Source of the DNA: Longimicrobiales bacterium
GTDB taxonomy: Bacteria; Gemmatimonadota; Gemmatimonadetes; Longimicrobiales; Gaopeijiaceae
Length of the DNA: 64,000 nucleotides
Reading direction: 5' to 3'
Assembly (NCBI GenBank): GCA_965116905.1
Contig: OZ220732.1
Coordinates: 1 to 64,000, forward strand
Part shown: positions 1 through 9,543 of the stretch, piece by piece
How positions within the stretch are numbered: position 1 is the first letter of the stretch
Layout of the letters: the number at the start of each line of letters is the position of its first letter
Program-made: the position numbers and the translations under genes
The notes under the pieces: model-generated
The model's database searches: none
Told to the model about the DNA's origin: nothing
The model's input: only the letters and a program-made list of their open reading frames with translations

Positions 1-274
1 ACGGGCCCGTGAGGTCGACGACCGCGATCTGGCCGTCGCCGCTGAGCGCGACGTACGCGGTGTCGCCGTCCGCGCTGAAGCGGATGCCGTGCGGGGCGGC
101 GCCGACTTCGATCGTCGCGCCGATACCGTAGGGACCCGTGCCGCCTGTCGGGTCGTTGGCGGCGCAACCCGACGCCGCGGCGCACAGGGCGGCCGTTGCG
201 GCCAGCCGGGTCGCGGTCCGGGCCAGCCGGGTCGCGGTCCGCCGTCGTCGCAGGTGCAGATCTCGTGTGATCAA
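1..274 (-). CDS. 5' part of a YVTN/YncE-type beta-propeller lipoprotein (runs off the window edge)
   Basis: Not in the ORF track. Manual minus-strand translation from TTG 274 (or ATG 307): MITRDLHLRRRRTATRLARTATRLAATAALCAAASGC-AANDPTGGTGPYGIGATIEVGAAPHGIRFSADGDTAYVALSGDGQIAVVDL. Lipobox ASGC followed by a YVTN-like blade; GGAGG upstream. Confidence 0.75.
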   Translation of the reverse strand, partial: MITRDLHLRRRRTATRLARTATRLAATAALCAAASGCAANDPTGGTGPYGIGATIEVGAAPHGIRFSADGDTAYVALSGDGQIAVVDLTGP

Positions 275-467
275 CGTCTTCCGCCCTCCGTCCAGGGTGC
301 CCGGCATGATACCGTCCCGCCCGGCCGGAGTCACGCCCCACTGGCGCGGACCCCGTGCCCGAACCACAATGCCTTGAGCGCAGGCGGAAACCGGAACGAG
401 TGTGGTGTCCCGGAGACAACACCTGCCCGCCGCGACAACGCCGACCCACCGGAAGGAGCAGACCCGG

Positions 468-1928
468 ATGACAGCTCACTCGCATACACCTGCCCGCCGG
501 GGCGCCACCGTGCTCGCCCCGCTCGCGGCCACCGCGATCGTCCTGCTTGCCGCCGCCGTCCAGCCTGCCGAGGCTCAGCGTCCCGCCCCCGGCTCCGAGG
601 CTGCCGCGTACGTCGCCGTCGACGCTGGCGCCGTGGCCTTGCAGGGCGTCACCCTGCTCGACGGCACCGGCGCACCCGCCGCACGCAACCAGACCGTCGT
701 CATCGAGGGCACGCGGATCACCGCCGTCGGCGCCGCAGGCGACGTGGCGATCCCCGACGGCGCCCAGGTGATGGATCTGGACGGCCACACGGTCATGCCC
801 GGGATGGTCGGCCTCCATAACCACCTCTTCTACATGGCTGCGGGCGGCCGGATGCATCCGATGAGCTACACCGGCCAGCGGCTCTATCTGGGTTCGGGGG
901 TCACGACGATCCGGACGACGGGGAGTCTTGCGACGTATGCCGAGCTCAACCTGAAGGACGAGATCGAGCGCGGGCTGCAGCCGGGACCGCGGATTCACAT
1001 CACCGCGCCATACATGACCGGGAACGAGAGCCTCAACATCATGACGCGGTTCAGGAGCCCCGAGCAGGCGCGACGCTTCGTACGCTACTGGGCGGCCGAG
1101 GGCGCGACGTGGCTGAAGGCCTACACCACGATCAGCGGCGAGGATCTGGCCGCGGCGATCGACGAGGCGCACAAGATGGGACTTAAGGTGACGGGGCACC
1201 TGTGTTCGATCAGCTTCATCGAGGCGGTCGAGCTGGGGATCGACAACATCGAGCACGGACTGCGAACCAACAGCGACTACGTGCCGGACAAGGTTAAGGA
1301 CGAGTGTCCGGCGGATCTGTGGGACCACGCCGAAGCGGTGGACGTGGAAGGGCCCGAGGTGGCGGCGACGTTCGATGCGATGATCGAGAACGGCGTGGCG
1401 ATGACGTCGACCATGGCCGTATACGAGCTGTTCGTGCAGGGGCGGCCGACGCGTGACGCGCGGACGCTGGCCGCGATGGCTCCGTCGGTGCGGGAGGACT
1501 ACCTGGCCGCAAAGGCGCAGATCGACGAGATCGGGCGCCCGGAGGCCGGGTTCCTCAACGCGATGGCCTACGAGAAGGCGTTTCACGACGCCGGGGGCGT
1601 TCTGGCCTCAGGCGTGGACCCGACCGGCAACGGAGGCGCGCTGGCGGGCTATGGGGACCAGCGCAACTACGAGCTCTTCATCGAGGCGGGGTTCTCGCCC
1701 GAGGAGGCCGTGCGGGTGCTGAGCGCGAACGGCGCGCGCGTGCTGGACGTGTTCGACGACCTGGGCACGGTGGAGGCGGGCAAGCTCGCGGATCTCGTGG
1801 TGATGCGGGGCGACCTGACCGCGGACCCGGCGGTGGTCCGCGAGGTGACCGTCGTGTTCAAGGACGGTATCGGCTATGATTCGCCCGCGATGCTGAACGA
1901 TGTGAACGGGCGGGTGGGAATCAACTAG
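468..1928 (+). CDS. Exported metal-dependent amidohydrolase (paralog 1)
   Basis: GLHNH metal motif, WLKAY Lys, TGHL/IEHG His ligands, GVDP Asp, GTVEAGKLADLVV tail. Signal peptide ending AEA. GGAAGGAG upstream of ATG 468. Confidence 0.9.
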   Translation: MTAHSHTPARRGATVLAPLAATAIVLLAAAVQPAEAQRPAPGSEAAAYVAVDAGAVALQGVTLLDGTGAPAARNQTVVIEGTRITAVGAAGDVAIPDGAQVMDLDGHTVMPGMVGLHNHLFYMAAGGRMHPMSYTGQRLYLGSGVTTIRTTGSLATYAELNLKDEIERGLQPGPRIHITAPYMTGNESLNIMTRFRSPEQARRFVRYWAAEGATWLKAYTTISGEDLAAAIDEAHKMGLKVTGHLCSISFIEAVELGIDNIEHGLRTNSDYVPDKVKDECPADLWDHAEAVDVEGPEVAATFDAMIENGVAMTSTMAVYELFVQGRPTRDARTLAAMAPSVREDYLAAKAQIDEIGRPEAGFLNAMAYEKAFHDAGGVLASGVDPTGNGGALAGYGDQRNYELFIEAGFSPEEAVRVLSANGARVLDVFDDLGTVEAGKLADLVVMRGDLTADPAVVREVTVVFKDGIGYDSPAMLNDVNGRVGIN

Positions 1929-1973
1929 CGCGAGTGGGAATCAGCCAGCGCGAGTGGGAATCAACCAGGGAGA
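1914..1973. repeat. 3 x 20-bp imperfect tandem repeat (GTGGGAATCAaCyAGcGcGA) spanning the stop codon and intergenic gap
   Basis: gtgggaatcaactagcgcga / gtgggaatcagccagcgcga / gtgggaatcaaccagggaga. Confidence 0.9.
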
Positions 1974-1980
1974 TGGAAGA

Positions 1981-3429
1981 ATGACGTTGACAGAGATTGC
2001 CAAGGCCGGTGCGTGCGGCTGCGCGGTGCTGGCGGGTGCCACCGCCGCGCTCACCGCCTCCAGCCTGACGGCCCAACGCCCGGTAGAAGGCTCCGCCGCA
2101 GCCGGCTATGCCGTCGTGGACGCCGAGGCCGTCGCGCTGACCGGGGTGACGCTGATCGATGGCACGGGCACGCCTGCGCGCAATGGACAGACGGTCGTGA
2201 TTCGGGGCAGCCGCATCGGGGCGGTGGGTCCCGACGGGCAGGTGGACATCCCGGCGGGCGCCGAGGTCATGGACATGTCCGGCCACACGGTCATTCCCGG
2301 GATGATCGGGCTGCACAATCACCTCTTCTACACCGCGGCGGGAGGGCGGTCGGCGCAGCTCACCTACAGCGCGCCGAGGCTGTACCTGGGCAGCGGCGTC
2401 ACTTCCGTGCGCACCACGGGGAGTCGGCAGCCGTACGCGGAACTCAACCTTCGCGCCGAGATCGAGGCCGGCAGGACGCCGGGGCCGCGCATCCACATCA
2501 CGGCGCCGTACATCACGGCGGGTGGCGGCATCTCGGGGATGACCATGCTGGAGTCGCCCGAGCAAGCCCGCCGTTTCGTGCGGTATTGGGCGGCCGAGGG
2601 CGCGACCTGGCTGAAGGCGTACACCAATATCCGCACCGAGGAGCTGAGCGCCGCGATCGACGAGGCCCACAGACAGGGGATCAAGGTCACGGGGCACCTC
2701 TGCTCGATCAGCTTCACCGAGGCGGTCGCGCTGGGGATCGACAACATCGAGCACGGCCTGGCCACCAACAGCGATTATACGCCCGGGCGCGGCAGGGACG
2801 AGTGTCCGCCGGGTCTGTGGGACGACGCCACCGCGATCGACGTGGACGGGCCGGAAGCGCAGGCGACCTTCCAGGCGATGATCGACGCGGACGTGGCCAT
2901 GACCTCCACGCTGGCGGTCTACGAACTCTTCATCCAGGGCAGGCCCACGCGGGATCAGCGCTCCCTGGACGCGATGTCGCCCGCGGTGCGCGAGGACTAC
3001 CTGGCGGCCAAGGCCCAGGTCGACGAGATCGGGCGCTCGCCGGACGAGTTCCAGAACGCCATCGCCTACGAGAAGGCCTTCTACGATGCGGGCGGCGTGC
3101 TCGCAGCGGGTGTCGACCCCACGGGCAACGGCGGCGCGCTTCCCGGCTATGGGGACCAGCGCAACTACGAGCTGCTCTCGGAGGGCGGGTTCGCCCCACA
3201 TGAGGTGGTCCAGGTGCTCAGCGCCAACGGGGCGCGCGTGCTCGACGTGTTCGATGACCTGGGGACCGTGGAGGCGGGCAAGATCGCCGACCTCGTGGTG
3301 ATGAGCGGCGACCTCACGACGGACCCCTCGGTGATCCGCAACGTGACGATCGTCTTCAAGGACGGGGTCGGGTACGACTCGCCAGGCATGCTGGAGGACG
3401 TGCGGGGCCGGGTGGGGATCAGCGAGTGA
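1981..3429 (+). CDS. Exported metal-dependent amidohydrolase (paralog 2, tandem duplicate)
   Basis: Same motifs as 468..1928, with long identical blocks such as RRFVRYWAAEGATWLKAYT, KVTGHLCSISF and GYGDQRNYEL. Signal peptide present. Confidence 0.9.
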   Translation: MTLTEIAKAGACGCAVLAGATAALTASSLTAQRPVEGSAAAGYAVVDAEAVALTGVTLIDGTGTPARNGQTVVIRGSRIGAVGPDGQVDIPAGAEVMDMSGHTVIPGMIGLHNHLFYTAAGGRSAQLTYSAPRLYLGSGVTSVRTTGSRQPYAELNLRAEIEAGRTPGPRIHITAPYITAGGGISGMTMLESPEQARRFVRYWAAEGATWLKAYTNIRTEELSAAIDEAHRQGIKVTGHLCSISFTEAVALGIDNIEHGLATNSDYTPGRGRDECPPGLWDDATAIDVDGPEAQATFQAMIDADVAMTSTLAVYELFIQGRPTRDQRSLDAMSPAVREDYLAAKAQVDEIGRSPDEFQNAIAYEKAFYDAGGVLAAGVDPTGNGGALPGYGDQRNYELLSEGGFAPHEVVQVLSANGARVLDVFDDLGTVEAGKIADLVVMSGDLTTDPSVIRNVTIVFKDGVGYDSPGMLEDVRGRVGISE

Positions 3430-3528
3430 GGAGCCTGAGGTCGGCGACGAGGTGCCGGGCCGTGTCCCGGGTTGCCCTGCGCGCGGAAGCCGCCGTAGAC
3501 TTTTTCTTCCGGATCAATCCGGCGTTCG

Positions 3529-3604
3529 CCGAAATTGTCGTATCACCGTCCGAAATTGTCGTACACTGTCCGAAATTGTCGTAACCTCAACCGGAATTGT
3601 CGCA
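3529..3604. repeat. 4 direct repeats of CCGAAATTGTCGTA spaced 21/20/21 bp, ending at the start codon
   Basis: Exact copies at 3529, 3550 and 3570; variant CCGGAATTGTCGCA at 3591, overlapping ATG 3604. Confidence 0.9.
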
Positions 3605-5253
3605 TGACGCGCCTTCGCACGACCACGAGTCTGTTCGCAACCCTTGCCACCGTAGCCCTGGCCGCCTCGTGCGGCGGCGATGGCGGAACAACGGTTCCTC
3701 CGGTTGATCCCCCCGCACCACAGAACCGTGCTCCCGTCGCGCAGGGCTCGATCGGGGCCCTCACCATCGCCGTCGGAGCTTCGGTCACGACGAACGTCGC
3801 GTCGAACTTCAACGATCCCGATGGGGATGCGCTCACCTATTCGGCAGCCACTTCGGACGCCGCCGTGGCCACCGCGACCGTGTCGGGCAGTCAGGTCACC
3901 GCCACCGGCGTGGCAGCCGGCACCGCGACCATCACGATCACGGCGCGCGACCCGGGCGGCCTGACCGCGACGCAGACGATGGCGGTCACGGTGGAGGCCG
4001 TGAACAGCCCGCCAACGATCACCGGCACGGTGGAGGACCAGACCCTGAATGTCGGCGATACCTTCACCGCCGATGTCGCCGGGTTGTTCACCGACCCCGA
4101 CGGAGACGCGCTCACCTTCGCCGCGACCAGTTCCGACGCGGCCGTGGCAACCGCATCGGTTTCCGGAGACACGTTGACGGTCGAGGCGGTAGCGGAGGGC
4201 AGCGCTAGCGTGACGGTCTCGGCCACGGATACCGGGGACCTCTCCGCCGAGGTCGCCTTCACGGTGACGGTCGAGCAGCCCAACCGGGCGCCGGAGGTTG
4301 CCGACGCGATCCCGGCGCAGACGCTGCAGATCGGCGACACCGTCCCGCTGGTCGTGTCCATGTACTTCACGGATCCCGACGGCGATGAACTCAGCTACGA
4401 AGCCGTCAGTTCGGTGACGGACGTCGTCGAGGCGTTGGCGATGGGCGACACGGTGCAGCTCGCGGCCATCACGGCGGGCAGCGCGACCGTGGCCGTGACC
4501 GTCAGCGACCCCGAGGGGCTGACCGCCGAGCAGGAGTTCTCGGTCACGGTGCAGCCGCCCGCGAACCGCGCGCCCGAGGAGGCCGACTCGATTCCCGCTC
4601 ACGACGTGGTCGTGGACAGCGCGGTCGTACTCGACATGTCCGCGTACTTCACCGATCCCGACGGCGACGATCTGACGTACTCCGCCGAAACCTCGGATGC
4701 GGCGATCGCGACCGCCTCCGTCGACGGGTCCGTGGTGACCACCACCGGCGTTTCGGCGGGCGAGGAAGGCGTACAGATGGTGACGCTGATGGTGACGGCA
4801 ACCGATCCGGCGGGGCTCTCCGTTACGCAGGAGGTGGACGTGGTCGTGTCCTCCGAGAGCTATGAGGTGTGGGAAGGGCTGGCGATCAATGACATGGGGG
4901 TGGTCACGGCCTTGGGAGGGACGATACAGCTCACCGGATGCTTCAGCCTGCAGCTAGTGAACGTGTTCGCCAGTAATCTGGGGATACAGACGATCCACTG
5001 GACCGAATGGCAGATCAGAAAGGGCACCGGGTGGGTGCGGGTTCCCGGGACCCGAAAAGAGCCGACGACGGAGGACGAGGACGCGATCTGCGGATACGAG
5101 GACCTTGCGGACCGCGAAGACGGGACCCCCGGTCCCGCGCCCGCGGGTACCTACCGCGTCGTTGGCGAGGTAACAATCGCCGAAGAGGGGATGGACCCCG
5201 TCCGCATCCGTCGGAAGACCGAGAACGAGTTCACGCACGATCCCGGGAGCTGA
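3604..5253 (+). CDS. Lipoprotein with 4 cadherin-like/Ig repeats and an unknown C-terminal domain
   Basis: Lipobox LAASC. Four ~90-aa repeats N(R/S)xP...F.DPDGD.L(T/S)(Y/F)...AT/DP.GL. The C-terminal ~130 aa has two Cys and no motif I recognise. Confidence 0.85.
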   Translation: MTRLRTTTSLFATLATVALAASCGGDGGTTVPPVDPPAPQNRAPVAQGSIGALTIAVGASVTTNVASNFNDPDGDALTYSAATSDAAVATATVSGSQVTATGVAAGTATITITARDPGGLTATQTMAVTVEAVNSPPTITGTVEDQTLNVGDTFTADVAGLFTDPDGDALTFAATSSDAAVATASVSGDTLTVEAVAEGSASVTVSATDTGDLSAEVAFTVTVEQPNRAPEVADAIPAQTLQIGDTVPLVVSMYFTDPDGDELSYEAVSSVTDVVEALAMGDTVQLAAITAGSATVAVTVSDPEGLTAEQEFSVTVQPPANRAPEEADSIPAHDVVVDSAVVLDMSAYFTDPDGDDLTYSAETSDAAIATASVDGSVVTTTGVSAGEEGVQMVTLMVTATDPAGLSVTQEVDVVVSSESYEVWEGLAINDMGVVTALGGTIQLTGCFSLQLVNVFASNLGIQTIHWTEWQIRKGTGWVRVPGTRKEPTTEDEDAICGYEDLADREDGTPGPAPAGTYRVVGEVTIAEEGMDPVRIRRKTENEFTHDPGS

Positions 5254-5260
5254 GCAGACG

Positions 5261-8158
5261 ATTCGGCCGACACGATCTCGCTGCGCTGCGGCGCTCGCGG
5301 TGGCGGCCACGGCGTGGGTCCTCGCCTGCGATAATCCGCAGCCGCCGGTTCTGTGCGGATCGGTCCCCGAGCAGACGATCACGGTGGGCGAGTCGGTTAC
5401 GGTGGACCTGTGCTTCGACGACCCCAACGGGGAGATGCTCGACCACAGTGTAGTGAGTTCGGATCCCGGGGTGGCGACGGCCGTCGCGGCCGGGAGCACG
5501 GTGACGGTCACGGCGGTCTCGCCGGGCGTCGCCCTGGTGACGATGATCGCCACCGACCCGACCGGCCTGAAGGCGCAGCAGAGCTTCCGCGTGGTGGTGC
5601 CGAACCGGTCGCCGACAGCCGTGGGCACGATTTCCGACCGCGAGCTGATGGTCGGCGACTCGGCCACGCTCGACGTGGCACCGTTCTTCAGTGAGCCGGA
5701 CGGGCAACAACTCGGCTACGCGGTGGCGGTCTCGGATTCGAGCCGTCTGACAGCCACGGTGGAGGCGGCCGTGCTGACCATCATGGCGGTGGCGAAGGGG
5801 GACGTGGTGGTAACCGTGACGGCAGCGGATCCGGGCGGTCTCTCGGCCACGCAGAGCTTCGTGGTAACGGTACCCAACCGCCCCCCGGTCGCGGTTGACT
5901 CGATAGCGGCCACGATCATCGAAGTCGACCGCGCCGACTCCCTGGATGTCGCCCCGTTCTTCACGGATCCGGACGGGGACTCGCTGTCCTACGCGGCCAC
6001 CGTGTCGGACAGTACACTGGCGTCGGCGGAAGTGACGGGGAGCACCGTGATCGTGACGGCGCTCGCGAAGGGCGAGGCGGAGATCTCGGTGACCGCCATC
6101 GACGACGAGGGGTTGTCGGCGGAGCAGCGCTTTACGGTGACCGTGCCAAACCGGCCGCCGCTGGTGGCGGACACGATTCCAGCGCGGACACTCTTCAAGG
6201 ACGAGGCCGACACGCTCGCCCTGGCGCGGTTCTTCACCGATCCCGACGGTGACGCGCTGACCTGGGACGCCGAGGCGTCGGACCGCGGCGTGGTGGCGCT
6301 CGAAGTGTCGGCGGCCGAGGGCACACTCGTTGTGACCGCCGTGGGCCAGGGGGAGTCGGAAGTGACGGTGACCGCTGCCGACCCCGAGGGCCTGACCGCC
6401 GCGCAGAGCTTCCTGGTCACCGTACCGAACCGGGGACCGGTCGTCGCGGACGAGATTCCCGCGCAGACGCTCCTCCAGCCCGAAACGGGGCCGCTGGACC
6501 TTCGACACCACTTCAGCGACCCCGACGGCGATGCCCTCACGTACACTGCCGAGACGACGAACAGCAGCGTGGCCGGGGCGGTTGTCGCGGGACCGCTACT
6601 GACCCTGCAGGCCGGAGCACGGGGCGAGGCCACGGTCACCGTAACCGCCACCGATCCCGGTGGCCTTTCGGCGAGTCAGAGCTTCGCGGTCACGGTGCCG
6701 AATCGCGCGCCGATCGTGACCACCCCGATCCCGGAACAGACCATCCGGTCGGAGCGACCCACCACGGTCGACCTTTCGGCCCACTTCGACGACCCCGACG
6801 GCGACGCCCTGACGTATACGGCGAGCGCGCGTTCGACGACCGTGGTCGGGGTTACCGTACAAGGGACGAGCGTCGTTCTGCGCCCGAGAGCGAAGGGGAC
6901 GACCCGGGTGCGTGTGACCGCCGCCGATCCCAGCGGCCTCACGGCCGAGCAGAGCTTCGCCGTGATCGTAGCCAATCGGGCGCCGACGGCGGTCGGGCGG
7001 CTCCGGGACCTCACTGTCGTCCAGGACGAAACCCGGACGTTCCGGATCTCGGCCTATTTCTCCGATCCGGACGGGGATGTCCTCACCTACTCGGCGACCA
7101 CCGCCGATCCCGGGGTCGCCCGCGCATCCGTCTCGGGCACCACCGTAACGCTCAGGGGCGTGACGACCGGGGAGACCACGCTGACGCTGACGGCTACCGA
7201 CCCCGAGGGTCTCACGGCCACACAGACCTCGCGGCTCACGGTCACCGGCCGCGGCGGGGGCGCCGGCTTCAGCCTCAGCATCGAGTACCTCTCTTCGGCC
7301 CCCGCCGCCGTAAGAACCGCGATTGAAAACGCGGCTTCGCGCTGGGAGTCGATCCTGTCCGCCACGGATTTCACGGATGTGACCGCGAACTCGACCTTCA
7401 CGTGCACGCTCACGGGAGTCAGCTACACCCTTTCCGCCGGCACGTTCGTGGACGACATCGTGATTGCCGTGGGTACCGGCGAAATCGATGGCGGAGGATC
7501 GCCGAGCATTGCGGCGAAGGCCGGGCTCTGCGCGGTCCGAACGGGGAGCGATACGCCCGCCGTCGGCGTCATAGTCTTCGACAGCGCCGACCTCGACAAA
7601 CTCGAGAGGGCCGGTCTTCTGACGTCCGTGGCGATCCATGAGATCGGACACATCCTCGGCATCGGCCTCACTTCCGACTGGGCGGATTTGATTCGGGGCA
7701 CTTCCGGCGCCGACCCGGACCCGCACTTTGCCGGAACGCGTGCCACCGCCGCCTTCAACGCCGCCGGGGGCCGGGGCTACGGGGGTGCCAAAGTGCCGGT
7801 GCAGAGTGCCGGCGACACCGGCCATTGGCGGGAGTCGGTCCTGGGTCATGAGGTCATGACGCCCAGCCTGCGGAGTGGGACGGCCAGCCCACTGAGTGCG
7901 ATCACTGTCCAGGCGCTCGCGGACATGGGGTACCGCGTCAATGCGTCGCTCGCAACCGCATTCACACTGGCCTCCGGCCACGCCGCCGACCTCGCCGGGC
8001 CGGCTCATACGGTCGACCTGCACGGCGACTTCGAGCGCGGACCGGTCATGGTGATCGACGGAGACGGCAACGTTGTGCGGGTGATTCCGGGACCCGAGCG
8101 GCCACCGGCCGACCCCCGGCAACCGCCCCGGCAGGCCAACCGGCCCGGCGGGCGCTAA
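5261..8158 (+). CDS. Lipoprotein with 7 cadherin-like repeats and a leishmanolysin (M8)-like zinc metallopeptidase domain
   Basis: Lipobox VLAC; seven repeats with DP(D/N)G-type cores; HEIGH...GHWRE...EVMTP (HExxH, distal His, Met-turn). Start uncertain: track GTG 5300, or in-frame ATT 5261 which gives a full signal peptide. Confidence 0.85.
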   Translation: MRPTRSRCAAALAVAATAWVLACDNPQPPVLCGSVPEQTITVGESVTVDLCFDDPNGEMLDHSVVSSDPGVATAVAAGSTVTVTAVSPGVALVTMIATDPTGLKAQQSFRVVVPNRSPTAVGTISDRELMVGDSATLDVAPFFSEPDGQQLGYAVAVSDSSRLTATVEAAVLTIMAVAKGDVVVTVTAADPGGLSATQSFVVTVPNRPPVAVDSIAATIIEVDRADSLDVAPFFTDPDGDSLSYAATVSDSTLASAEVTGSTVIVTALAKGEAEISVTAIDDEGLSAEQRFTVTVPNRPPLVADTIPARTLFKDEADTLALARFFTDPDGDALTWDAEASDRGVVALEVSAAEGTLVVTAVGQGESEVTVTAADPEGLTAAQSFLVTVPNRGPVVADEIPAQTLLQPETGPLDLRHHFSDPDGDALTYTAETTNSSVAGAVVAGPLLTLQAGARGEATVTVTATDPGGLSASQSFAVTVPNRAPIVTTPIPEQTIRSERPTTVDLSAHFDDPDGDALTYTASARSTTVVGVTVQGTSVVLRPRAKGTTRVRVTAADPSGLTAEQSFAVIVANRAPTAVGRLRDLTVVQDETRTFRISAYFSDPDGDVLTYSATTADPGVARASVSGTTVTLRGVTTGETTLTLTATDPEGLTATQTSRLTVTGRGGGAGFSLSIEYLSSAPAAVRTAIENAASRWESILSATDFTDVTANSTFTCTLTGVSYTLSAGTFVDDIVIAVGTGEIDGGGSPSIAAKAGLCAVRTGSDTPAVGVIVFDSADLDKLERAGLLTSVAIHEIGHILGIGLTSDWADLIRGTSGADPDPHFAGTRATAAFNAAGGRGYGGAKVPVQSAGDTGHWRESVLGHEVMTPSLRSGTASPLSAITVQALADMGYRVNASLATAFTLASGHAADLAGPAHTVDLHGDFERGPVMVIDGDGNVVRVIPGPERPPADPRQPPRQANRPGGR

Positions 8159-8162
8159 CCCC

Positions 8163-9530
8163 ATGCCGCGCCGATTCCGCTTCTCCGTCCCGCACCCGCT
8201 GGTCCTGCTCACCGCGTGCGTCATCCTGGCGGCGATCGCCAGTCACGTGCTGCCGGCGGGCGAATACGAGCGCCGCGACGACGAGGCCACCGGACGCAGC
8301 GTTGTCGTCGCGGGCACCTATCACGAGGTCGACCCGAGCCCGGTCAGCCTCTTCGACGCCATCGTAGCGCTCCCACGCGGCATGGCCGACGCCGCCGAAG
8401 TCATCTTCCTGGTCTTTCTCATCGGCGGCGCGTTCACCGTCGTGGACGAGACCGGCGCGCTCAAGCGCGGCGTCACCTCGCTAATCCGGTCACTCAGGGG
8501 GCGGGACCTGCTCGTGATCCCGATTGTGTCGCTGTTCTTCGCGACGGGGGGCGTCGTCGAGAACATGCAGGAGGAGATCATCCCGCTGATCCCCGTGCTC
8601 CTCATACTCACCCGCAGGCTCGGCTTCAAGCCGATGGTGGCCGTTGCGATGAGCGCGGGGGCCGCGTTCGTGGGATCGGCCTTCAGCCCCATCAACCCCT
8701 TCCAGGTGGCTATCGCGCAACAGTTGGCGGAGCTGCCGCTGATGTCGGGCGCGGCCTTCCGGATCGTCTTCCTGTTGATCGCGTTGACTTTCTGGATCGG
8801 GATGACGATGCGCCATGCGCGGCGGACCCGGGATTCTGGCGCACGCAGGGATGAAAGCGGGGACGGCGCCGGGACGAACGAGGGCGTGCGGCCCGCCGAC
8901 CTGGGCATCTTCACCCTCGTGCTCGGTACCTTTGCCGTCGTTGTCGTGGGGATGATGCGCTGGCACTGGGGGTTCAACGAGCTGTCCGCCGCGTTCTTCA
9001 TCATGGGTGTGATCGTGGGCCTGCTGTCGGGGATGAGGATCGGCGGCACCGCCGAGGCGTATGTGCGCGGCTTCCGCAGCATGGCCTACGCCGGCCTGCT
9101 GATCGGGTTCTCGCGCGCCATCTACGTGGTGCTGCAGGACGGGCGCGTCGTGGACACGATCGTGCACGCCATGTTCACGCCGCTCGAAGGCCTGCCCGTA
9201 CTCGCCTCCAGCGTCGGCATGGTTGCGGCCCAGACAGCCATTCACGTGCCGGTGCCGAGCGTAAGCGGGCAGGCCGTGTTGACCATGCCGCTCCTGGTGC
9301 CGCTCTCCGACCTGCTCGGGATGTCGCGGCAGGTCACCGTGCTGGCCTACCAGTACGGCGCGGGGCTATGCGAGCTGCTCACCCCCACGAACGGCGCGCT
9401 GATGGCGATCCTCGCGTCGGCCGGGATCCGATACGAGGACTGGGTCCGCCACGCGTTCCCGCTCTACCTGGGGCTGGTCGCGCTCGCCCTGGGAGCGATC
9501 GCGCTGGCGCTGACGATCGGGTTGCAGTAG
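8163..9530 (+). CDS. YfcC/DcuC-family membrane transporter (putative amino acid antiporter)
   Basis: About 12 hydrophobic segments; PHPLVLL N-terminus, PAGEYER, SPINPF..IAQ..AELP..SG, VPSVSGQA.LTMP, VLAYQYG.G...LTPT motifs. Confidence 0.85.
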   Translation: MPRRFRFSVPHPLVLLTACVILAAIASHVLPAGEYERRDDEATGRSVVVAGTYHEVDPSPVSLFDAIVALPRGMADAAEVIFLVFLIGGAFTVVDETGALKRGVTSLIRSLRGRDLLVIPIVSLFFATGGVVENMQEEIIPLIPVLLILTRRLGFKPMVAVAMSAGAAFVGSAFSPINPFQVAIAQQLAELPLMSGAAFRIVFLLIALTFWIGMTMRHARRTRDSGARRDESGDGAGTNEGVRPADLGIFTLVLGTFAVVVVGMMRWHWGFNELSAAFFIMGVIVGLLSGMRIGGTAEAYVRGFRSMAYAGLLIGFSRAIYVVLQDGRVVDTIVHAMFTPLEGLPVLASSVGMVAAQTAIHVPVPSVSGQAVLTMPLLVPLSDLLGMSRQVTVLAYQYGAGLCELLTPTNGALMAILASAGIRYEDWVRHAFPLYLGLVALALGAIALALTIGLQ

Positions 9531-9543
9531 CGGACCGGTTGGG

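Noticed and set aside
3529..3604. Possible mini CRISPR array
   Set aside because: Repeats are 14 bp with 6-7-bp spacers, far too short, and no cas genes are in the window.
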